DNA from: the human T2T-CHM13v2.0 reference genome, Homo sapiens
Length of the DNA stretch: 64,000 nucleotides
Strand: one strand, 5' to 3'
Assembly: GCF_009914755.1 (NCBI RefSeq)
Contig: NC_060925.1
Shown here one piece after another: positions 54,801-64,000 of this stretch; the first letter of the stretch is position 1; each line of letters opens with the position of its first letter. The notes under the pieces were generated by a model that made no database searches, was not told where the DNA came from, and saw only the letters and a program-made list of their open reading frames with translations. The translations under genes and the position numbers were made by a program.

Positions 54801-57800
54801 CCATTCCATTCCACTCGGGTTGATTTCATTCCACTCCATTCCATTCCATTCCATTCCATTCCATTCCATTCCATTCCATTCCATTCCTCTCGTCTTGATT
54901 GCATTCAATTCCTTTCCGTGCCATTTCATTGTATTCCTTTCCATTCCATTCCATTCCATTCCATTCCATTCCATTCCACTCGGGTTATTTCGATTGCATT
55001 CCATTCCATTCCATTCCACTCGGGTTATTTCGATCCCATTCCATTCATTCCATTCTATTCCATTCCATTCCATTCCATTCCATTCCATTCCATTCCATTC
55101 CATTCCATTCCACTCTGGCTGAGTTCATTCCATTCATTTCAATTCCTTTCCATTCCATTCTGTTCCATTCAACTCTGGTTGATTCCATTCCATTCCATTC
55201 CATTCCATTCCATTCCAGTCCATTCCATTCCTTTCCATTCCGTTCCATTCCTTTCCATTCCACTCGGGTTGATACCATTCTATTCTATTCCATTCCGTTC
55301 CATTCCATTCCATTCCATTCCATTCCATTCCATTCCATTCCTCTCAGGTTTTTAACATTCCATTCCATTCCATTCTATTCCATTTCATTCCATTGCATTC
55401 CACTCCTGGTGATTCCTTTCCATTCCATTCCATTCCATTCCATACGATTCCATTCCATTCCACTCTGGTTGATTCCATTCAATTCCATTCCATTCCTTTA
55501 CATTACACTTCCATTGATTCCATTCTATTCCATTCCTTTCCATTCCAGTTGATTCTCTTCCATTCCATTCCATTCCATTGCATTTCGTTGCATTCCATTC
55601 CATTCCATTCTATTCCTTTCCACTCGGGTTGATTCCATTCCTTTCCATTCCATTCCTTTCCATTCCATTCCATTCCAATCGGGTTGATTGCATTCCATTC
55701 CATTCCATTCCATTCCATTCCATTCCATTCCATTCCATTCCATTCCATTCCACTCTGGTTGATTCCATTCCATTCTATTCCATTCAATTCCATTCCATTC
55801 CATTCCCCTCAGTTAGATTCTATTGCATTCAATTCCATTCCCCTCGGGTTGATTCCATCCCATTCCTTTCCATTCCATTCCTTTCATTTCTATTTCATTC
55901 AACTCGGGTGGATTCCATTCCATTCCATTCCATTCCATTCCATTCCATTCAACTCGGGATGATTCCATTCCATTCCATTCCACTCCATTCCATTCCATTC
56001 CAATTGATTCCATTACATTCCATTCAAATCTTGTTGATTCCATTCCATTCCATACCATTCCATTCCATTCCATTCCATTCCACTCCATTCCATTCCATTC
56101 CGTTCAACTCGGGTTGATTTCATTCCACTCCATTCCATTCCATTCCATCCCATCCCGTTCCATTGCCCTCTGGTTGATCCCATTCCATTCCATACCATTC
56201 CATTCAATTCCAGTCGTGTTCATTCCATTCCATTCCATTCCATTCCATTCCATTCCATTCCATTCCATTCCTGTTCATTCCATCCAATTCCATTCCATTA
56301 CATTCCATTCCGTTCTCCTCAGGATATTTCCATCCCATTCCATTCATAACATTCCATTCCATTCCATTCCATTCCATTCCATTCCATTCCATTCCATTCC
56401 ATTCCATTCCACTAGGGTTGATTCCATTCTATTCCATTCGATTTCATTCCATTCCATTCCCTTCCTCTCAGCTTGATTGCATTTAATTCCATTCCATTCC
56501 ATTCCATTATATTCCATTCCATTCCATTCCATTCCATTCCATTCCATTCCATTCCATTCCTCTCGGGTGGATTCCATGCCATTCCATTTCATTCCATTCC
56601 ATTCCATTCCACTCTGGTTAATTCCCTTCCATTCATTTCGATTCCATTCCATTGCATTCCACTCGGGTTGATTCCATTCCATTCCATTCCATTCCATTCC
56701 ATTCCATTCCATTCCATTCCATTCCGTTCCATTCCATTCCATTACACTCGGGTTGATTCCATTCCTTTCCATTCCATTCCATTCCATTGCATTCCATTGC
56801 ATTCCATTCGATTCCATTCCATTCCGCTCGGGTTGATTCCGATCCGTTGCATTGCATTCCATTCCATACCATAAAATTCCACTCGAGTTATTTCCATCCC
56901 ATTCCATTCAATCCATTCCACTACATTCCATTCCATTCCATCCCATTCTATTCCATTCCACTCAGTTGACTCCATTCCATTCCATCCCATTCCATTCCAC
57001 TCAGGTTGATTCCATTCCTTTCCATTCCATTCCTTTCCATTCCATTCGATTCCATTTCATTCTATTCCATTCCATTCCATTCCATTCCATTCCATTCTCT
57101 TCCTCTCGCGTTGTTTCCAATCCATTCCCTTCCATTCCATTCCATTCCACTACATTACGTTATATTCCACACGGCTTATTTTGATCCAAAACCATTCATT
57201 CCCTTCCATTCCATTCCATTCCATTCCATTCCATTCCATTCCAATCTATTCCATTCCACTCGGGTAGATTCTATTGCAGTCCATTCCATTCCATTCTATC
57301 CCATTCCGTTCCATTCCCCTCGGGTTGATCCCTTTCCATTCCATTCCATTCTTTTCCATTCCACTCTGGATGATGCCATTCCATTCCATTCCATTCCATT
57401 CCATTCCATTCCACTCCATTCCATTCCTCTTGGGTTATTTCCATCCCATTCCATTCATTCCATTCCAATACATTCCGTTCCATTCCATTCCATGCCGTTC
57501 CGTTCCATTCCAATCGGGTTGATTCCATTCCATTCCATTCAATACCGTTCCAATCTACTCTCTTCCATTCCATTCCATTTCACTCCGGTTGTTTCCATTC
57601 CATTCCATTCCATTCCATTCCATTCCATTCCATTCCATTCAATTGCATTCCACTCTATTTGATTCCATTCCATTCCATTCCATTGAATTCCATTCCATTC
57701 AATTCCCGTCGGTTATATTCCATTCCATTCCATTCCATTCCATTCCATTCCATTCCATTCCATTCCATTCAGGTAGATTCCTTTCTATTTCATTCCATTC

Positions 57801-60800
57801 CATTCCATTCCATTCCAGTTGATTGCATTCCATTCCATTCCATTCCATTACATTCCATGGCATTCAATTACATACCATTCCATTCCATTCCATTCCACTG
57901 AATTCCATTCCAGTCGGGTTGATTCCATTCTATTCCATTGCACTCCATTCCGATCCGTTCCATTCCGTTCCGTTCCATTCCATTCCATTCCATTCCATTC
58001 CGTTCCACTCGTGTTGATTCCATCCATTCGATTCCATTACATTCCATTCCTGTTCATTCCATCCAATTCCATTCCATTCCGTTCCATTCCATTCCATTCC
58101 ATTCCGTTCCACTGCATTGCATTCCAATCGGGTTGATTCCATTCCATTCCATTCCATTCCATTCCATTCCATTCCATTCCATTCCATGCCATTCCATTCC
58201 ATTCCATTTTATTCCATTCGTCTCTGGTTGATTCCATTCCATTCCATTCCATTCCAATCCATTCCATTCCATTCCATTCCATTCCATTCCATTCCATTCC
58301 ATTCCGTTCCATTCCATTCCATTCAACTCGGGTTGATTTCATTCCACTCCATTCCATTCCATTCCATTCCATTCCATTCCATTCCTCTCGTCTTGATTGC
58401 ATTCAATTCCATTCCGTGCCATTCCATTATATTCCTTTCCATTCCATTCCATTCCATTCCATTCCATTCCATTCCATTCCACTCGGGTTATTTCAATTGC
58501 ATTCCATTCCATTACATTCCACTCGGGTTATTTCAATTGCATTCCATTCCATTACATTCCACTCGGGTTATTTCGATCCCATTCCATTCATTCCATTCTA
58601 TTCCATTCCATTCCAGTCCATTCCATTCCATTCCACTCTGGCTGAGTTCATTCTATTCATTTCAATTCCTTTCCATTCCATTCTGTTCCATTCCACTCTG
58701 GTTGATTCCATTCTATTCCATTCCATTCCATTCCATTCCATTCCATTCCATTCCATTCCGTTCCATTCCTTTCCATTCCACTCGGTTTGATACCATTCTA
58801 TTCCATTCCATTCCATTCCATTCCATTCCATTCCGTTCCATTCCATTCCATTCCATTCGATTCCATTCCATTCCATTCCTCTCGGGTTTTTACCATTCCA
58901 TTCCATTCCATTGCATTCCATTTCATTCCATTGCATTCCACTCCTGGTGATTCCTTTCCATTCCATTCCATTCCATACGATTCCATTCCATTCCACTCTG
59001 GTTGATTCCATTCAATTCCATTACATTCCTTTATATTACACTTCCATTGATTCCATTCTATTCCATTCCTTTCCATTCCAGTTGATTCTCTTCCATTCCA
59101 TTCCATTCCATTGCATTTCGTTGCATTCCATTCTATTCCATTCTATTCCTTTCCACTCGGGTTGATTCCATTCCTTTCCATTCCATTCCTTTCCATTCCA
59201 TTCCATTCCAATCGGGTTGATTGCATTCCATTCCATTCCATTCCATTCCATTCCATTCCATTCCATTCCATTCCATTCCATTCCACTCTGGTTGATTCCA
59301 TTCCATTCTATTCCATTCAATTCCATTCCATTCCATTCCCCTCAGTTAGATTCTATTGCATTCAATTCCATTCCCCTCGGGTTGATTCCATCCCATTCCT
59401 TTCCATTCCATTCCTTTCATTTCTATTCCATTCAACTCGGGTGGATTCCATTCCATTCCATTCCATTGCATTCCATTCCATTCCACTCTGGATGACTCCA
59501 TTCCATTCCATTCCACTCCATTCCATTCCATTCCAATTGATTCCATTCCATTCCATTCAAATCTTGTTGATTCCATTCCATTCCATACCATTCCATTCCA
59601 TTCCATTCCATTCCATTCCACTCCATTCCATTCCATTCCGTTCAACTCGGGTTGATTTCATTCCACTCCATTCCATTCCATTCCATCCCATCCCATTCCA
59701 TTGCCCTCTTGTTGATCCCATTCCATTCCATACCATTCCATTCAATTCCAGTCGTGTTCATTCCATTCCATTCCATTCCATTCCATTCCTGTTCATTCCA
59801 TCCAATTCCATTCCATTACATTCCATTCCGTTCCCCTCAGGATATTTCCATCCCATTCCATTCACAACATTCCAATACATTCCATTCCATTCCATTCCAT
59901 TCCATTCCACTAGGGTTGATTCCATTGTATTCCATTCGATTTCATTCCATTCCATTCCCTTCCTCTCGTCTTGATTGCATTTAATTCCATTCCGTTCCAT
60001 TCCATTATATTCCATTCCATTCCATTCCATTCCATTCCATTCCATTCCATTCCATTCCTCTCGGGTGGAATCCATGCCATTCCATTCCATTCCATTCCAT
60101 TCCATTCCATTCCATTCCACTCTGGTTGATTCCATTCCATTCATTTCGATTCCATTCCATTCCATTCCACTCGGGTTGATTCCATTCCATTCCATTCCAT
60201 TCCATTCCATTCCATTCCGTTCCATTCCATTCCATTCCACTCGGGTTGATTCCATTCCTTTCCATTCCATTCCATTACATTGCATTCCATTGCATTCCAT
60301 TCGATTCCATTCCATTCCGCTCGGGTTGATTCCGATCCGTTGCATTGCATTCCATTCCATACCATAAAATTCCACTCGAGTTATTTCCATCCCATTCCAT
60401 TCATTCCATTCCACTACATTCCATTCCATTCCATCCCATTCTATTCCATTCCACTCAGTTGACTCCATTCCATTCCATCCCATTCCATTCCACTCAGGTT
60501 GATTCCATTCCTTTCCATTCCATTCCAGTTGATTCCATTCCATTCCATTCCATTCCATTCAATTCCATTCCATTCCATTCCACTCGGGTTGATTCCATTC
60601 CATTCCAATCCATTCCATTCCATTCGATTCCACTTCATTCTATTCCATTCCATTCCATTCCATTCCATTCCATTCTCTTCCTCTCGCATTGTTTCCTATC
60701 CATTCCCTTCCATTCCATTCCATTCCACTACATTACGTTATATTCCACTCGGCTTACTTTGATCCGAAACCATTCATTCCCTTCCATTCCATTCCATTCC

Positions 60801-61090
60801 ATTCCATTCCAATCCATTCCATTCCACTTGGGTAGATTCTATTGCAGTCCATTCCATTCCATTCTATCCCATTCCGTTCCATTCCCCTCGGGTTGATCCC
60901 TTTCCATTCCATTCCATTCTTTTCCATTCTACTCTGGATGATGCCATTGCATTCCATTCCATTCCATTCCATTCCACTCCATTCCACTCCATTCCATTCC
61001 CCTTGGGTTATTTCCATCCCATTCCATTCATTCCATTCCAATACATTCCGTTCCATTCCATTCCATGCCATTCCATTCCATTCCAATCGG
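54250..61090 (+). repeat. ~3.3 kb block duplicated at ~3.5 kb offset (54250-57520 and 57770-61090)
   Basis: CCATGG 54352/57855; CTGGCTGAGTTC 55115/58638; CACTCCTGGTGA 55401/58939; CAAATCTTGTTG 56025/59558; CAGGATATTTCC 56320/59838; ACCATAAAATTCC 56868/60361; CTGGATGATGCC 57366/60935. Confidence 0.88.
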
Positions 61091-64000
61091 GTTGATTCCA
61101 TTCCATTCCATTCCGTTCCATTGCATTCCATTCCTTTCCATTCCATTCCATTCCATTCCGTTTCATTCCATTCCATTCCAGTTGATTCCATTCCATTCCA
61201 TTCCATTCCATTCCATTCCATTGCGTTCCAGTATAATCCATCGCATTCCACTCGGGTTGCATCTATTCCATTCCATGCCATTCCATTCCATTAGATTCAT
61301 TTCCATTCCACTCAGGTTGAATCCATTCCATTCCATTCCTTTCCATTCCATTCTATTCCATTCCATTCCATTCTACTCGGGTTGATTCCATTCCATTCCA
61401 TTCCATTCAATTCCATTCCTTTCAGGTTGATTCAATTCCGTTCTATTCCATTCCATTCCATTGTATTGCATTCCATTCCACTCGGGTTGATTCCATTCCG
61501 TTCCATTCTATTCAATACCGTTCCACTCCACTCCCTTCCATTCCATTCCATTTCACGCGGGTTGTTTCCATTCCATTCCATTGCATTCCATTCCATTCCA
61601 TTCCATTCCATCCATTCCATTCCATTCCATTACATTCCATACCATTCCATTCCATTCCATTCCATACCATTCCATACCATTCCATTGCATTCCACTCTAG
61701 TTGATTCCATTCCATTCCACTCCATTGAATTCTATTCCATTCCATTCCCCTCGGGTTGATACAATTCCATTCTATTCCATTCCATTCCATTCCATTGCAT
61801 TCCATTCCATTCGGGTTGATTCCATTCCATTCCATTCCATTCCATTCCATTCCACTCAGGTTGATTGCATTCCATTCCATTCCATTCCATTCCGCTTGGG
61901 TTGATTACAATCCATTCCATTCCATTCCTGTCCATTCCATTCTATTCCATTCCGCTAGGGTTGATTAAAATCCATTCCATTCCATTCCTGTCCATTCCAT
62001 TCCATTCCATTCTACTCGGGTTGTTTCGATCCCATTCCATTCTTTCCATTCCATTCTATTTCACTCGGGTTGATTCCATTCCATTCCATTCCATTCCATT
62101 CCCCTCGGTTTCGTTCCATTCCATTCCATTCCATTCCATTCCATTCCATTAAAGTTGATTCCATTCAGTTCCATTCCATTCCATTCCCTCCGGTTATTTC
62201 CATACCTTTCCATTCTTTCCATTCCAATACATTCCATTCCATTCCATTCCATTCCTTTCCATTCGATTCCATTCTAATCCATTCCATTGCATTCTATTCC
62301 ATTCCCTTCTATTCCATTGCATTCCATTCCATTCCATTCCATTCCGTTCCTATGCATTCCATTCCATTCCCTTCCATTGCATTCCATTCCATTCCATGCC
62401 ATTCCATTTCATTGCATTCCATTCCATTTGACTCGGGTTCATTCCATTCGATTTCATTCCATTGCATTCCTTTCCATTCCATTCCCTTCCTCTCGTCTTG
62501 ATTGCATTCAATTCCATTCCGTTCCATTCCATTATATTCCATTCCATTCCATTCCATTCCATTCCATTCCATTCCATTCCATTCCATTCCATTCCTCTCG
62601 GGTGGATTCCATGCCATTCCATTCCATTCCATTCCATTCCATTCCATTCCATTCCATTCCATTCCATTCTGTTCCATTCCATTCCATTCCACTCTGGTTT
62701 ATTCCATTTCATTCATTTCGATTCCATTCCATTCCATTCCACTCGGGTTGATTCCATTCTATTCCATTCCATTCCATTCCATTCCATTCCACTCGGGTTG
62801 ATTCCATTCCTTTCCATTCCATTCCATTACATTGCATTCCATTGCATTCCATTCGATTCCATTCCATTCCGCTCGGGTTGATTCCGATCCGTTGCATTGC
62901 ATTCCATTCCATACTATAAAATTCCACTCGCGTTATTTCCATCCCATTCTATTCATTCCATTCCACTACATTCCATTCCATTCCATCCCATTCTATTCCA
63001 TTCCACTCAGTTGACTCCATTCCATTCCATCCCATTCCATTCCACTCAGGTTGATTCCATTCCTTTCTATTCCATTCCTTTCCATTCCATTCTAGTTGAT
63101 TCCATTCCGTTCCATTCCATTCCATTCTATTCCATTCCATTCCATTCCATTCGGGTTGATTCCATTCCATTCCAATCCATTCCATTCCATTCGATTGCAT
63201 TCCATTCTATTCCATTCCATTCCATTCCATTCCATTCTCTTCCTCTCGGGTTGTTTCCAATCCATTCCCTTCCATTCCATTCCATTCCACTACATTACGT
63301 TATATTCCACTCGGGTTATTTTGATCCGAAACCATTCATTCCCTTCCATTCCATTCCATTCCACTCCCATTCCATTCCACTCGCGTTGATTCTATTGCAG
63401 TCCATTCCATTCCATTCTATCCCATTCCGTTCCATTCCCCTCGGGTTGATCCCATTCCATTCCATTCCATTCCACTCGGTTTGATTGCATTCCATTCCAA
63501 TCCATTCCATTCCATTCCATTCCATTCCATTCCATTCCGTTCCATTTCACTCATTTTGTGCTGATTCCTTTCTATTCCATTCCATTCCATTCACTATCAT
63601 TCCATTCCATTCCATTCCACTCGGGTTATTTTCATCCCATTCCATTCATTCCATTCCATTCCATTCTTTTCCATTCCATTGCATTCCACTTGTGTTGATT
63701 CCACTCCATTCGATTCGATTCGATTCCATTCCATTTCATTCCATTCCATTCCATTCCATTCCATTCCATTCCATTCAGTATTATTTGATTACATTCTATT
63801 TTATTCCATTCCATCCCATTCCATTTCCCCCGGGGTTCATTCCATTCCTTTGAATTTCATTCCATTCCATTCTATTCCATTCCTTTCCATTTCTTTCCAC
63901 TCGCCTCGGGTTGACTCCATTCGATTCCATTCCACTCCAATCCATTTCATTCTATTCAATTCCATTCCATTTCTTTCCATTCCAGTTGTTTCCATTCCAT

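Larger units (their letters stand above)
1..64000 (+). repeat. Classical satellite III (HSat3) array, (CCATT)n on + / (GGAAT)n on -
   Basis: Uninterrupted 5-bp periodicity of CCATT and single-base variants (CCACT, GCATT, CAATT, CTATT, CCTTT, TCATT) from first to last base. The + strand is strongly pyrimidine-rich throughout. This matches the established ATTCC/GGAAT unit of human satellites II/III; the decamer in the right part identifies satellite III. Confidence 0.97.
19061..64000 (+). repeat. Decamer-containing satellite III domain, (CCATT)n ACTCGGGTTG; HSat3B-like
   Basis: Long perfect CCATT runs interrupted every ~30-150 bp by CCACTCGGGTTGATT or variants (CTCAGG, CTTGGG, CTCTGG, AATCGGG). 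The first is ccactcggaatgatt at 19061 and the first canonical copy is at 19201. A(A/C)TCGGGTTG / CAACCCGAGT is the known diagnostic interspersed motif of satellite III. The HSat3B subfamily label is my inference. Confidence 0.93.

Noticed and set aside
54250-61090. Identification as the Y-chromosome DYZ1 ~3.5 kb repeat
   Set aside because: Only two copies are present, and the offset is a ~3.3 kb block plus a ~0.25 kb patch. Similar length alone is not evidence. The chromosome cannot be assigned without a search.
19361-61240. TATAAT within CCAGTATAATCC as a -10 or TATA promoter element
   Set aside because: It is a two-pentamer variant (CCAGT ATAAT) spread by duplication. The DNA is eukaryotic satellite, with no -35 element, no TATAAA consensus and no downstream gene.
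36-63814. Hundreds of - strand MEWNG-repeat ORFs resembling 'hypothetical proteins'
   Set aside because: These are the direct translation of (GGAAT)n, where ATG occurs every 5 bp. They are a known source of spurious protein predictions, and nothing here supports translation.
19061-64000. CRISPR-like look of a recurring CCACTCGGGTTGATTCC motif with variable spacers
   Set aside because: The spacers are CCATT runs of variable length, not unique sequences. The motif is the known satellite III decamer, and there are no cas genes or leader.
1-64000. Satellite II (HSat2), telomeric repeat or GGAA microsatellite
   Set aside because: CATTCGATTC occurs only sporadically and the HSat2 ATGATG-type periodic motif is absent. 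There is no TTAGGG array, and the period is 5, not 4.

Overview
The whole 64 kb window is pentameric satellite DNA, (CCATT)n on + and (GGAAT)n on -. It is human/hominoid classical satellite III (HSat3) of pericentromeric or acrocentric heterochromatin. I see no genes, RNA genes, transposons or CRISPR arrays. All listed ORFs (HSIPF... / MEWNG... repeats) are the automatic reading of a stop-poor pentamer. There are two domains in the same orientation. (1) 1-~19060 is an old, degenerate CCACT/CCATT mixture, nearly G-free on +, lacking the satellite-3 decamer. (2) ~19061-64000 is a cleaner (CCATT)n punctuated by the satellite-3 decamer ACTCGGGTTG (CAACCCGAGT on -). Rare marker k-mers tracked by eye show layered structure in domain 2: three copies of a ~6.5-9.2 kb higher-order unit (19.3-41.7 kb), ectopic patches in the middle copy, and further block duplications at ~0.67, 0.94, 1.8/2.6, 2.8 and 3.5 kb offsets. 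I found no new coding or mobile-element system; what is interesting is the array architecture and its possible role as a transcription-factor platform. Block boundaries are approximate (manual marker tracking, no alignment run).
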